Shown piece by piece: positions 47,252 to 57,624 of a stretch of 64,000 nt of DNA. The stretch is from assembly GCA_963668355.1 (NCBI GenBank), contig OY764265.1, positions 1,504,001 to 1,568,000 on the forward strand. The letters are read 5' to 3'. The notes under the pieces were generated by a model. The model did not search any database. It worked only from the letters and a program-made list of their open reading frames with translations, and was not told the origin of the DNA. Position 1 is the stretch's first letter; the number at the start of each line of letters is the position of its first letter. This DNA comes from Bdellovibrionota bacterium (GTDB taxonomy: Bacteria > Bdellovibrionota_G > JALEGL01 > DATDPG01). The translations under genes were made by a program, and so were the position numbers.

Positions 47252-47693
47252 AGACTCCTGTTTTTCTACACAGGTTGTTTTGTAAGGCGAACATCCTTTT
47301 TGCATCTTTCTCATTTTGGTGATCTAGACCTAAAAGATGAAGAAGTCCGTGGATGGACAACGTGCCGAACTCCGTTACATTTGAGTGGCCTGCGGCCTGT
47401 GCTTGTCTTCGGGCGGTGGGGGTAGCAATCATGATGTCCCCCAGGAGCAGAATGCCCGATGGCAGTGTGACGTTTTGATTAAAAGATAGTACGTCGGTTG
47501 AGGCGTTCTTCTTTCGATACATGTGGTTCAGAGATTTCATGGCGACATCGGTGATAAGGGTTAGATTCACCTCGTGTTCTTGCAAACTCATTTCTTCCAT
47601 GGATTTTCGCAAAATGCGACCGCAAGCTTTTCCGAGCAAGGCCGCCTTTCCCGTTCGATCCCAAACCCGAACAATGTTTTTGGACCGACTCAT
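47244..47693 (-). CDS. ybeY: rRNA maturation RNase YbeY
   Basis: TDVLSF, LGDI, HGLLHLLGLDH. Confidence 0.93.
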   Translation of the reverse strand: MSRSKNIVRVWDRTGKAALLGKACGRILRKSMEEMSLQEHEVNLTLITDVAMKSLNHMYRKKNASTDVLSFNQNVTLPSGILLLGDIMIATPTARRQAQAAGHSNVTEFGTLSIHGLLHLLGLDHQNEKDAKRMFALQNNLCRKTGVYA

Positions 47694-48643
47694 CTGGCGT
47701 GTTGTTCCCTTTCATAAGCCAGAATGATTTTCCGTACTAGTTCGTGGCGAACGACATCCTTTTCCGAAAATTCGGTAAATCCAATTCCTTCCGTGTTTCT
47801 CAATAGTTTGATGGCATGAATGAGTCCGGATTCGCATCCCTGGGGAAGATCAACTTGGGTGATGTCTCCAGTAATGACAGATCGAGAGTTGTGGCCGAGA
47901 CGTGTAAGGAACATTTTCATTTGTTCGGGGGAAGTGTTTTGGGCCTCATCCAAAATTACGAAAGAATGGTTTAGGGTTCTTCCTCTCATAAAAGCCAGAG
48001 GAGCCACCTCGATTTGATTTCGACTTAAATAATGATTGGCTTTTTCCGTTTCCAACATCTCATAAAGAGCATCGTAAAGGGGGCGAAGATAAGGATTTAC
48101 CTTTTCGGCCATGTCGCCGGGGAGGAAACCGAGTTTTTCGCCTGCCTCCACGGCGGGCCTTGCGAGGATGATGCGGTTCACTTCTCGGTTGAGGAGGGCA
48201 GACACGGCCATTGCCATGGCAAGGTACGTTTTCCCAGTTCCAGCGGGACCCCAAGAGAATACGATGTCATGTTTTCGCATTTGGGTGACATATTTTTTTT
48301 GAGTCAGCGTTCTGGGGGTGATGGGTTTTCCCGTCAACGTTTTTCCAATTGAATCCAAAAAAACGTCGGTTACTTTTTGGTTGGCGTCTTTTTGAGCAAT
48401 GAGGAGTGCCTGTTCGATGTCTCGGCTGGAGAGTTGCATTCCACTGTTCGTGAGTTCGTATAGTTCTTCAAGAAGGTTTTGAGCTTTTTGGCAGGTGTTT
48501 TGTTCACCCCGAAGAGTAAGGGTTGTGCCTCGAGCAAAAATTTCGATTTCCAATTCTTTTTCGATCTGACGTAGATGTTTGTCTTGGACGCCAAAAACAT
48601 TTCGTGCTCGATCTACGTCTTCAAGGATAACAACTTTTTCCAT
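47690..48643 (-). CDS. phoH: PhoH-like ATPase
   Basis: GPAGTGKTYLA, RPAVEAGEKLGFLPGD, DEAQN. Confidence 0.93.
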   Translation of the reverse strand: MEKVVILEDVDRARNVFGVQDKHLRQIEKELEIEIFARGTTLTLRGEQNTCQKAQNLLEELYELTNSGMQLSSRDIEQALLIAQKDANQKVTDVFLDSIGKTLTGKPITPRTLTQKKYVTQMRKHDIVFSWGPAGTGKTYLAMAMAVSALLNREVNRIILARPAVEAGEKLGFLPGDMAEKVNPYLRPLYDALYEMLETEKANHYLSRNQIEVAPLAFMRGRTLNHSFVILDEAQNTSPEQMKMFLTRLGHNSRSVITGDITQVDLPQGCESGLIHAIKLLRNTEGIGFTEFSEKDVVRHELVRKIILAYEREQHAR

Positions 48644-48645
48644 GT

Positions 48646-49830
48646 TTACTTCTTTTCAAGTTTCAATTGGAAGTGTTCTTGTTCTCTGTGGTAGATCCAA
48701 TGGGCATGTATCCGGGAAAAGCCCAGATCTTCCAAGGAGTAGGGAAGTTCTAAGTGAGTGAACCGGTAAAGCGAGATGGCCTGAACGAGTCGCTGATACT
48801 CTCGAATGGTTTTTAAATCTTCGATGCTGAGCGTCTGGTTGTGGATGGTTCTTTTGTCGGTGTCTTTGAATTGGGCACCAAAAAACGAAGAAGAATTGAA
48901 AGCCAAAAGAGGGAAAAGGAGCGAAAAGAACAGCGTGGCAATCATGGGGCGAGCGTGGGCTAAAATCCATTTCCCGAAAGTGATGTTCTTTTCCGTGAGA
49001 TTGCCGGAAGCCACTCTCGTTTGAGACAATTCATCAACTTTTTCAATTAAGTCACGAGACAGCAAGTCGGAAACAAGTTTTGTGGTTTCAAATGTTCCAA
49101 GGCGACTTAAGTAGATCACCTCTTGGACAGAGTGATGGCCATCTAGAAGAGAAAGAATCTTCTTTTCCGTATCGGATACCCCCTCTCCCGGGGTGGCATT
49201 TTTTTCAGGAGCGGGTTCATCAAAATCTGAGAAAGCGTCATCAAAAGAATCTTCGAATGCCTCGTCCTCAGATTTCGTTGCGACTTGAGTGGGATCGACT
49301 TTGGCCTGGTAAACCATGTCCAAGTTTTCAACTTTAGAGATGATTCCTGGCCATTCGTCTAACATGCGGAATCCATCCATCAGAACGCCCTCCGCCGATT
49401 GTGGATGGATGATATTGCGATTGTATTTGATCTCTCCCGGAACAAACTCATACAAACCCTGTTTCCATTGAAAGAGTCGAAACAGAACTTCTTTTAATTG
49501 GAGCGATACAAACTCTCCGAGAATGGCTGGAGTGATGGCCCCCATGCTTCTAAGAACATCTCCCAAACTTCGAAGAGAGGACTTCTGTTGATTCATGGCT
49601 TCATTCAGTTGGTCAGAAGTGATGACCCCCGCTCTTAGCAACATGGTTCCCAACAGAAAATCGTCATCGCTTTTTCGAAAAGTCCCTAAAATCACTTTGC
49701 CATTGTCGAAAACCACTTGGGCTTCTTTTTCTCCCGTTTTTACCATGAGAGATCCTGACTTGGATTGTTGTCCGATCAGTTGAAAAATGTCGGCAACCGA
49801 AAAGTCTTGGAGTGTTCCCTTGAGAGCCAT
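48646..49830 (-). CDS. DUF4388 domain membrane protein
   Basis: MALKGTLQDFSVADIFQLI...LFQWKQGLYEF...LMDGFRMLDEW. Confidence 0.85.
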   Translation of the reverse strand: MALKGTLQDFSVADIFQLIGQQSKSGSLMVKTGEKEAQVVFDNGKVILGTFRKSDDDFLLGTMLLRAGVITSDQLNEAMNQQKSSLRSLGDVLRSMGAITPAILGEFVSLQLKEVLFRLFQWKQGLYEFVPGEIKYNRNIIHPQSAEGVLMDGFRMLDEWPGIISKVENLDMVYQAKVDPTQVATKSEDEAFEDSFDDAFSDFDEPAPEKNATPGEGVSDTEKKILSLLDGHHSVQEVIYLSRLGTFETTKLVSDLLSRDLIEKVDELSQTRVASGNLTEKNITFGKWILAHARPMIATLFFSLLFPLLAFNSSSFFGAQFKDTDKRTIHNQTLSIEDLKTIREYQRLVQAISLYRFTHLELPYSLEDLGFSRIHAHWIYHREQEHFQLKLEKK

Positions 49831-49833
49831 GTC

Positions 49834-51732
49834 TTAGTGCTTCACCGCGCGTTGAAGGGTTAGAAGATAGATCAAGCCCAAGAGGGTCCATGAGATGGCC
49901 ACACAGGGAAAACTTGGCATCCAAGCGGGTGTGTGGATAGGAACCAATAAGCTTTTGTGAAATACGCCCAGAATGAAGAAGTGTCCCACAAGAAACAGCA
50001 GGAGAAATCCCGCAAGGGCTCGGCCTTGAAATAGAAGGTGGAGCCCTGGGAACAGGGCGGAGGACCACCGTTCTTGCAAGTCTCTTCGAATTCGGAAACG
50101 AGAGATGGCGCGTTCTTTTCCTTTTCTGACCTCGGAATCGACGGCTTCGAGGCGTACAAACAAATGGTAACACTGCGTGCAGATCGCTTGGTGTTCCACT
50201 GCGGGGTCGCAGATGGAACAAACGGGAAGACCACACTTTTCACAGGGTCTGGGAATGTGCCGAATGGGAAAGAGCTTTCCGAGAATGAAGGCAATGACGA
50301 GCGTTCCCATCAGGAGACCCCAAAATAGGGGGATCGAAAGATTGGGAAACATGTTCTTAAACAAAGAGGTTCGAATGGATTTGACCTGAGAATCCAGTGA
50401 CCAAATTCGAGGCCTCAACTCATCTGGAGAAATGTTTTCGTCAACCAGAATTCCAGAAACGTTTTCTGCTTTGCTTACGGTATCTAGGCGCGCAAACTCT
50501 GTTGGGTTAATTTCCTTCGACCTTCGGAGCGCTTTATTTCCTTCCTCCAGGTCCGCGCGGCTGATGAAGATTTTTCCCAAATTGAAGAAAGCCCCGCTCG
50601 CATCTGAAGAAAAGGTGGTGGCTTTCTGGAGAAGTCGAATGGCTTCTGAGGTTCTTCGTTCTTGAAATTGGATGTTGGCAAGGTTGACCAAGGGTTTGTG
50701 CCATTCCGGCGACAGAGCAATGGCCTGAGCGTATAAAGCTTTGGCTTGTTTTCGTCTTCCGACGGTTTTTTCGATGTTCCCAAGGGTGAAAATGGCTTCT
50801 GCGTCGTCAGGATGTTCTTGAATCCAAGCACGTAAGCGAAGGCCTTTTTCTCTGAGGTCAGCATCTTGAAGAGGATCGGCCAAAATTTGGTCGATTCCTT
50901 GTTCGTATTTGAACTGGAGGGCTGGGGCAAGAAGGGCAAAGGGGAGCATCGCGGCCGTCAAGGTGAGGATGACAATCACCAATCGCTCGGAAAAATCAAT
51001 ATATCTCCACAACAATAGAATGGAGAGAAGGGCTGGCCCGATGGGTCCTACCAAAAGCCAACTTAGCGTGAGACCTGCCAGAGAAAAAAAGAACAGTGAC
51101 TTGGGAGAGAAACCCTTGGCTCGATGTGCCCAGAGGTGGCAAGTGGAGGGTATCCGACGGAAAAAAAGAATGGCCAGAAAAAGGCTCGCGACAAGCAAAA
51201 AAGTCCAATAGGAAATCAGGAAGGAATTCGTGAGAAATCGAAACTTTCCTGGTGTTTGTTGCCACTCTCTCTTGAGTCCTCCGGCGCATTCCACCATGGA
51301 AGCAAACCAACCCTTCGGAAGGTTTGATGGCGAACAATGAAAATAGGACCAAGAGGAGGTGTTTGGGGAAAGCTTGGCTGCCCAGGAAAGCCTTTCTTCT
51401 TGCAATGTGTCGGGGTCACCGTTGGAGTTTTTCACTTCCTCTAACAAAGCTAGAGATACCTGCGGAAGCGTGGTGAGATTGTATTTTGTTTTAAGTCTCA
51501 GAATTTCTTTGAGCTCTGTTTCTCCCAGAGCGTCCTGGCCCAGAGAGAGAACCTCCTTGCGAACATTCCAAACCTCTTCAATCTCGCGTCGAGGAATGTC
51601 CCACTGAGAAGGGAAATTGGTTTGCGCAAGGGTGGGCGAGACTTCCAATAAGCCAAAAACGCCCAAAAAAAACAAAAAACACCATCTCCTTGCCATCATT
51701 GGAAAGTTTACAAGCATGGGCCGAATCATCAA
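49834..51732 (-). CDS. TPR-containing membrane protein with Cys-rich (zinc-finger-like) motif
   Basis: TM helices, TPR repeats, CEKCGLPVCSIC...CTQC. Confidence 0.8.
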   Translation of the reverse strand: MMIRPMLVNFPMMARRWCFLFFLGVFGLLEVSPTLAQTNFPSQWDIPRREIEEVWNVRKEVLSLGQDALGETELKEILRLKTKYNLTTLPQVSLALLEEVKNSNGDPDTLQEERLSWAAKLSPNTSSWSYFHCSPSNLPKGWFASMVECAGGLKREWQQTPGKFRFLTNSFLISYWTFLLVASLFLAILFFRRIPSTCHLWAHRAKGFSPKSLFFFSLAGLTLSWLLVGPIGPALLSILLLWRYIDFSERLVIVILTLTAAMLPFALLAPALQFKYEQGIDQILADPLQDADLREKGLRLRAWIQEHPDDAEAIFTLGNIEKTVGRRKQAKALYAQAIALSPEWHKPLVNLANIQFQERRTSEAIRLLQKATTFSSDASGAFFNLGKIFISRADLEEGNKALRRSKEINPTEFARLDTVSKAENVSGILVDENISPDELRPRIWSLDSQVKSIRTSLFKNMFPNLSIPLFWGLLMGTLVIAFILGKLFPIRHIPRPCEKCGLPVCSICDPAVEHQAICTQCYHLFVRLEAVDSEVRKGKERAISRFRIRRDLQERWSSALFPGLHLLFQGRALAGFLLLFLVGHFFILGVFHKSLLVPIHTPAWMPSFPCVAISWTLLGLIYLLTLQRAVKH

Positions 51733-51811
51733 AGAAAACGTTATGTTAAGGTCAATTTAGAAACTGGAATCTTGACTTTGTTCCTCGCCTCGCGTTCTCT
51801 CAGCTACAATT

Positions 51812-53557
51812 ATGAGATTCAGCAAGTTCTTATGTCCGACTTTACGGGAAGATCCATCTGAAGCCGAAACCGCCAGTCACCGCCTGATGTTGCGGGGCGG
51901 CATGATTCGGCAGGTGGCTTCTGGGATATACACCTTACTGCCGCTCGGTTTGCGAGTGATTCGCAAAGTGGAGACCATTGTTCGAGAAGAAATGAGTCGA
52001 GCTGGGGCGCAGGAAGTCTTCATGCCGGCGGTTCTTCCGGCCGAACTTTGGAAAGAAAGTGGTCGTTGGGATGTGATGGGAAAGGAGTTGCTCCGGATCA
52101 AAGATCGAAATGAACGAGAATTCTGTTTTGGTCCCACCCATGAAGAGATCATTACAGATTTGGTTCGTCGTGAAATCCGCTCGTATCGTGACCTGCCTCG
52201 GAATTTTTTCCAAATTCAAACCAAATTTCGAGATGAAGTGAGGCCGCGATTTGGGCTCATGAGATGTCGTGAGTTCACCATGAAAGACGCCTACAGCTTT
52301 GATATCAACGAAGAAGGTGCCAAGGCCAGCTATGATCAAATGTACGAAGCCTATCACCGCATTTTTTCCAGATGTGGTTTGAGGTTTTCGGTCGTGGACG
52401 CGGATTCTGGAAACATTGGCGGCAGTCAGTCTCAAGAATTCATGGTCTTGGCTGATTCCGGGGAGGACGAAATCATTCGTTGTCCAGGTTGCGGTTATTC
52501 TGCGAACTCCGAAAAAGCCGATGGGGTGATTTCCAAGATCCCTGAAGCCAAAATGCCCAATCAAATGGAAAAACGAGAAACTCCTGGAAAGTCGACCGTG
52601 TCCGATGTGGCCTCTTTCCTGGAAGTTCCGGAGGGACGCTTAATTAAGACATTGATTTATAAAACGGACACCATGTACTTGGCCGTTCTTCTTCCAGGCG
52701 ATCGAGAGGTGAATGAGATTAAGCTGAAAAGTGCACTTCAAGCTCAGCACTTGGGCCTGGCTTCCGCCCAAGAAATTCAGGAATTGACCGGAGGCCCTCT
52801 TGGTTTTTCGGGTCCGGTTGGACTGAAAATTGAAAAAGGCAAGATCGAGCGGATCTTAGTCGATGGACTCATTGAGAAAGACGAGTCTTATGTGGTCGGG
52901 GCCAACGAGAAGGATGTTCATCTGGTCGGGGTTGTGGCTGGGAAAGACTTCTCGATGCAGGAAGTGTTGGATTTACATCGAACCCGAGAAGGGGATCAAT
53001 GTGTGAAATGCCAAGCTGTGCTTCAGTCTGATCGTGGAATTGAAGTGGGGCACATCTTTCGTCTTGGGACCAAATACAGCGAGATCATGCAGGCGACGTT
53101 TAGTGACCCGAAAGGGGAGTTAAAACCCTCCATTATGGGGTGCTATGGAATTGGAATTGGTCGTACTGCGGCCGCAGCGATTGAGCAAAACCATGATGCG
53201 AGGGGGGTGATCTTTCCTCCCTCATTGGCGCCTTTTGATGTAGCAGTGATTCCCGTTCAAGTGACCAACGAAGATTTAAAACGAGAGGGAGAGAGGCTTT
53301 ATGCCCTTTTGGCAGATTCCGGACTGGACGTGTTGCTTGATGATCGAGAGGAAAGTGCTGGGGCTAAATTCAAAGACCTCGATTTGATGGGCATCCCTGG
53401 AAAAATTACGGTTGGGAAAAAGGGCCTGGCTCAAGGAAAAGTCGAAGTCAAAATGAGGTGGCAAGAAGAATCCCAATTCATCGACCCCTCAGAATTGGTC
53501 GACTGGGTGAGATCTATCCCGCAAGCTTGGGACACCCGCTCATCAAAAGTTGCTTGA
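51812..53557 (+). CDS. proS: Proline-tRNA ligase
   Basis: GPTHEE, FRDEVRPRFGLMR, EVGHIF, MGCYGIG; INS editing domain. Confidence 0.97.
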   Translation: MRFSKFLCPTLREDPSEAETASHRLMLRGGMIRQVASGIYTLLPLGLRVIRKVETIVREEMSRAGAQEVFMPAVLPAELWKESGRWDVMGKELLRIKDRNEREFCFGPTHEEIITDLVRREIRSYRDLPRNFFQIQTKFRDEVRPRFGLMRCREFTMKDAYSFDINEEGAKASYDQMYEAYHRIFSRCGLRFSVVDADSGNIGGSQSQEFMVLADSGEDEIIRCPGCGYSANSEKADGVISKIPEAKMPNQMEKRETPGKSTVSDVASFLEVPEGRLIKTLIYKTDTMYLAVLLPGDREVNEIKLKSALQAQHLGLASAQEIQELTGGPLGFSGPVGLKIEKGKIERILVDGLIEKDESYVVGANEKDVHLVGVVAGKDFSMQEVLDLHRTREGDQCVKCQAVLQSDRGIEVGHIFRLGTKYSEIMQATFSDPKGELKPSIMGCYGIGIGRTAAAAIEQNHDARGVIFPPSLAPFDVAVIPVQVTNEDLKREGERLYALLADSGLDVLLDDREESAGAKFKDLDLMGIPGKITVGKKGLAQGKVEVKMRWQEESQFIDPSELVDWVRSIPQAWDTRSSKVA

Positions 53558-54230
53558 TTTCCTCGGCCATCAAATCGGGAGGCCTTAAGAGTTTTGCCCC
53601 CAAGCCGTACGTAAAGGTCCGAAGGGGGCGAGTGAGTTTGGATCGACGAACAATTTTTATGGGAAAAGAGTAAACCTCTTCTTTAAGGCTTTTAGCTCGA
53701 AAAACCAACACCTCCTTGGGGGGAATCGGCACTTTGCTTAAAAGATAGAGTCCTGTTCGGCTGGCGTCTACGATGATGGCCGAGAGGAGTTGCTCCCGGC
53801 AGTCCAAATGAACGGGCTTTTCCATAACGTATCGAGTGGACATTCTTCGTTCAATTTTCCCAAAAGGGATCCATTCCCAGTGAAGAAAGCTTTGGATTTT
53901 TTCGACCGCGTGATTCGCATCGACGACCAAGTCCGTCTTGACTGAACGGGCACGTTCTCCCCAGGGCGAGTTCAATTGATCCACGACAAAAATGACTTTG
54001 GTTTCTTTTAAATTCGAATTGTTTTTGATGACCTTGCAGCAATCAAAAGGGTTAAATTCTTGAATTTGGGGGTGAAGAACCACGACATCGGGACGTGTTT
54101 GTTCAACCGTCTCAATGATGTGTTGATTCTTTGGGAGGCAAATCAACGCTAGGTCTGGGTCCCTTCCAAGAAACTCTCCAAATGAAAGCTTGGAAAAAAC
54201 TACCTCCGGAATCAAAACAACTTTTCCCAT
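53514..54230 (-). CDS. Atypical receiver domain plus PilZ domain protein
   Basis: RPDVVVL receiver-like N-terminus; ERRMSTR and DASRTG PilZ motifs. Confidence 0.7.
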   Translation of the reverse strand: MGKVVLIPEVVFSKLSFGEFLGRDPDLALICLPKNQHIIETVEQTRPDVVVLHPQIQEFNPFDCCKVIKNNSNLKETKVIFVVDQLNSPWGERARSVKTDLVVDANHAVEKIQSFLHWEWIPFGKIERRMSTRYVMEKPVHLDCREQLLSAIIVDASRTGLYLLSKVPIPPKEVLVFRAKSLKEEVYSFPIKIVRRSKLTRPLRTFTYGLGAKLLRPPDLMAEEIKQLLMSGCPKLAG

Positions 54231-54415
54231 TCAATAGATCCTCTTATTGGATCATGAAGTACGCAAGAAGCATGCGTAAACGGGATTTTGTCTAACTTGT
54301 TAATTTAAATAGAAAAAATTTATTCGTACGAAAAAAGTTGAGACGAAAGCTGTACGAAGGCTCTACTTTTTTTCATAGAAAAAGAACGTCAAAAAACCGA
54401 AACCGGTTACGGAAT

Positions 54416-56575
54416 CTAGGCCGCCTTATCTTGTTTTTTTCTTTGGTGAAGCTTTGTTTTGAGTGAAGTCAGATTTCGTGTCCAAATGATTTTTGAATGT
54501 AAAATTTGACCGAACCGTTCTTCATCATACATGGAAACCAGTTCATTGAGAGGCGGGAGAGGTCCTTCTTTTCGTTGGACTCGAGCACAGAATTCCGGAA
54601 TGGTTTCGTGTGTCTTTTTTCGATGTCCACGCGCCTCCAAAAGGCGAATGACTTGGGCAAAAACCCCTCTTCGTTGAGGATTTTGTTTAAAACGATAGAT
54701 CAGGTAGGCCGTCAACCAAACAAGGAAAGCTAGAAGGAGGAGGTTTGCAAAAAACGTTTTGTTTTTTGGCGTGTTCCAAGAGCGCGTGTTTGGGGTGGAA
54801 TCTGTTTCTTTTTTGGAAGTGTTGCTCCGAAACCATCGAGACACTTTTCTTCCCACGTTTTCCGCAATTTCGGCTTGGGCTCGAAGGTCATATTCGATGA
54901 TGTACTTGTTCCAACGTAGCCGGAGGTTGTCGAAAAATTGATTGATTCGTCTCCATCGCGGACGTGGGGCGCCGACGGTTGAATCAAGAGGCGAGGGATC
55001 AAAGGCGATCCACCCATAGGTTGGAAAGAAGACCTCTACCCACGAGTGAGCATCGCTTTGACGAACAGCGATATAATTTCCAAAATCGTTGAATTCTCCC
55101 CCTCGAAAACCCACGACATTTCGGGATGGAATTCCATGAAAACGCAGAGCAATGGCAAAGGCCGTCGAAAAATACTCACAATGTCCCTGTTTTTTTTCGA
55201 GCAAAAAGAATGAAAGGGGATCCTCAGTTCCAAAATCTTCGACATTCAGGGTGTAGGTGTAGTTGGTTTCTAACCAATTTTTGATGGCCAGGACTTTGTC
55301 ATATGTGCTCCCACTTCCAATGGGGATGGATGCAAGCGTTCGCTCGACTTGCGGACGGAGTTCGGGAAGTTGAAGAAAGTAATCGGGCATCCAGCTTGGA
55401 AGACGTCCTTTTGCACTTCTTAATAAGTCGGGTTGAGGATCTCCGATGATCGATTCAGCTCGGTAGGTGAGATCGCTCATGATATTGGCCGAAGACGAAA
55501 GGTAAAAGGTTCCATTGTAGTCGTAGCGAATCCCCATGGAACGGCGAAAAATGCGCTCGACCATGGGTTTGTCCCAGATCAGTTGATAGAGACGATCGGC
55601 TGAGAAGAGAACGGGCGGATTTAACGCTTCCAAGAAAATTCGATATTCGAAATTATTCCCTCCGGGAAAAGGTCTTCGATCTAGAGTGAGCATCCCCGTG
55701 TCCATGTCCACAGCAACACGGCGTTTGTGATCCGAGTTTTTGGACCAAACTCGACCGTCAAAATTGTCGGTCGCGGTTCCTCTCCAATGAATTTGATCGA
55801 TTTCGATCTTCTTGGCTGTTTCTTGGTCAATTTCGACCCTCATCGTGATTTGACTGTTGGTCTTAATGGTTCCAATGGTTCCCAGTTCCACGCGATCTGA
55901 AAAACCAGAGATGTGATTTCGTGTGGTGATCCGTTTGAGAAAATTTCCCATGGAAAGACGTGGAAAACTAAAGAAAACAATCAACGTGAACGTAATGATG
56001 GAAATGGAGAGAAAGGAGGTCGTGATCAGAAATTTTTTCGTGATGACATTCTTAGAAAGGAGCAAGCTTTGAAGCCGATGGTCTTTCTTTTCTGGAGCGG
56101 TCGTGAGTTCCAATTGCATTTTTAGATTGAATAAGACCAGTGTCCAAGTAGCCAAAATGACATAAATCAAGAAAGGAACTGAGAAGGCAATGTCACTGGT
56201 CAAAACCGTGGAAGCCAGAATGTGCATGAAACTCAATGTGTAGATTTGCATCCAGTCTCGATTGGTTTTGTGACTCAAAAGTTTGACCATCTGCAGGTAG
56301 ATCACAAACATGATGCCGTTACCGACCAAGTCTTGGTTTCCAAAGAACGTGTCGTAGAAAAAATAAGAAAACAGCAATAAAGCGAGAAGATTCCAAAGTG
56401 TTCGTGGAACTTTTAAAAAGGCTGAGATTCGTTCGCCCAGGATCCAATAAAGACCTGTAACGACCATTCCCGCAAAGACCGCAGAAACGTATTCACTTCC
56501 TGTGATCGAAATGGAGTAAAAGCCCGTGAGGATCATGAGCATGGAAAGATGGTGAAGGTATCTTCCGAACCTCAT
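54416..56575 (-). CDS. Transglutaminase TgpA family (DUF3488) membrane protein
   Basis: GHCEYFST, DAHSWVE, FDP triad; N-terminal TM bundle. Confidence 0.9.
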   Translation of the reverse strand: MRFGRYLHHLSMLMILTGFYSISITGSEYVSAVFAGMVVTGLYWILGERISAFLKVPRTLWNLLALLLFSYFFYDTFFGNQDLVGNGIMFVIYLQMVKLLSHKTNRDWMQIYTLSFMHILASTVLTSDIAFSVPFLIYVILATWTLVLFNLKMQLELTTAPEKKDHRLQSLLLSKNVITKKFLITTSFLSISIITFTLIVFFSFPRLSMGNFLKRITTRNHISGFSDRVELGTIGTIKTNSQITMRVEIDQETAKKIEIDQIHWRGTATDNFDGRVWSKNSDHKRRVAVDMDTGMLTLDRRPFPGGNNFEYRIFLEALNPPVLFSADRLYQLIWDKPMVERIFRRSMGIRYDYNGTFYLSSSANIMSDLTYRAESIIGDPQPDLLRSAKGRLPSWMPDYFLQLPELRPQVERTLASIPIGSGSTYDKVLAIKNWLETNYTYTLNVEDFGTEDPLSFFLLEKKQGHCEYFSTAFAIALRFHGIPSRNVVGFRGGEFNDFGNYIAVRQSDAHSWVEVFFPTYGWIAFDPSPLDSTVGAPRPRWRRINQFFDNLRLRWNKYIIEYDLRAQAEIAENVGRKVSRWFRSNTSKKETDSTPNTRSWNTPKNKTFFANLLLLAFLVWLTAYLIYRFKQNPQRRGVFAQVIRLLEARGHRKKTHETIPEFCARVQRKEGPLPPLNELVSMYDEERFGQILHSKIIWTRNLTSLKTKLHQRKKQDKAA

Positions 56576-57615
56576 AACTCTGCTAACTCCTTTCTGCCCC
56601 ACGTCAAGGTGGCTGGAGTTGGCGAGCGTGTCTCAGATTCATCGGTGACGATCATGATGCGGTCTTCTTCTCGTGCGTAATGGGATCGAACTGGCTCAAG
56701 TGGAGGCTTGGCCAAGGCTAGCGCCGTTAGATAGGCATCCAAGTAGCTTCGCCCTTGCGTAGGGATCAGTTCGCCATTGAGCCTAAGATTGGTTTCGAAT
56801 CCATCTTCGAAAAGAAAAAGAAGAAGGGATGTAGCTGCCGAAAGGGCTTTTTCCCGCCACAACGATTCCGACATTTTGGCTACCTGGAGTCGAACATCCA
56901 GAAGGACTTTTCTCTTTTTCTCCTTTTCGAATTCTTTCACCTTTAATTTCTCTGTTTTGGCAGAGCTCTTCCAATGGATGAGACGGGCGGGGTCACTGGA
57001 AACGAAATCTCGGATTCCAAAGGGGTTGGTAGAGCCTCCGGAAGAACCCGACAAAAAATCTCCAAAATGTCGGCGGTCACTCTGAAACGGTCTCCAAACC
57101 TCAAGCAATTGAGGGAAGATGATGGCCGACTGCGAAGAAGGAATTTCCTTGGTTTTTCGAATTAGACCAAAGGGGTAGGAAGATTCGATCCAGTAGCTGG
57201 GCAGTTTGTGTTCTCCACGAAGAGGAAATTCCACATGGTCCACAGTGGAGGTGTTGTCTTGTGGGGCCAATTTGATCAGAAACGGACGATTGTGCGTCGA
57301 GGGAGTTTCGATTTGGGAGGCCAAGGCCAAAGAATAGGAGGGAAAAAACTTCTTTTCATTGGTTAGGTCCAAGCGAACAGGAACGGGTTGTTTGGCAAAT
57401 ATCCGCTGAGGGAAGTGAGGGCGAAGTTTAATTTTCTTTAGGGTGTTGTTCGATAAGAGTCCTGAGAGTACGAGAAAACTCATCATCATTGAAAAAACCA
57501 AATAAAGAAGATTGTTTCCTGTGTTGAGCGCTGAGACGCCAACGGCTAGGCAAAGAGCAATAAACAGGTAGCCGATTTTTGTAATTTTTATGTAAAAATC
57601 GCGCCGGACTTTCAA
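56572..57615 (-). CDS. DUF58 domain protein
   Basis: NTGNNLLYL, YPFGL, DPARLIHWKSSAK. Confidence 0.9.
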   Translation of the reverse strand: MKVRRDFYIKITKIGYLFIALCLAVGVSALNTGNNLLYLVFSMMMSFLVLSGLLSNNTLKKIKLRPHFPQRIFAKQPVPVRLDLTNEKKFFPSYSLALASQIETPSTHNRPFLIKLAPQDNTSTVDHVEFPLRGEHKLPSYWIESSYPFGLIRKTKEIPSSQSAIIFPQLLEVWRPFQSDRRHFGDFLSGSSGGSTNPFGIRDFVSSDPARLIHWKSSAKTEKLKVKEFEKEKKRKVLLDVRLQVAKMSESLWREKALSAATSLLLFLFEDGFETNLRLNGELIPTQGRSYLDAYLTALALAKPPLEPVRSHYAREEDRIMIVTDESETRSPTPATLTWGRKELAEL

Positions 57616-57624
57616 GCTGAATCC

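Noticed and set aside
54263..54306. sigma54-like promoter for the PilZ gene (ACGCAT-GCTTC-TTGCG, with IHF-like site nearby)
   Set aside because: Lacks the invariant -24 GG
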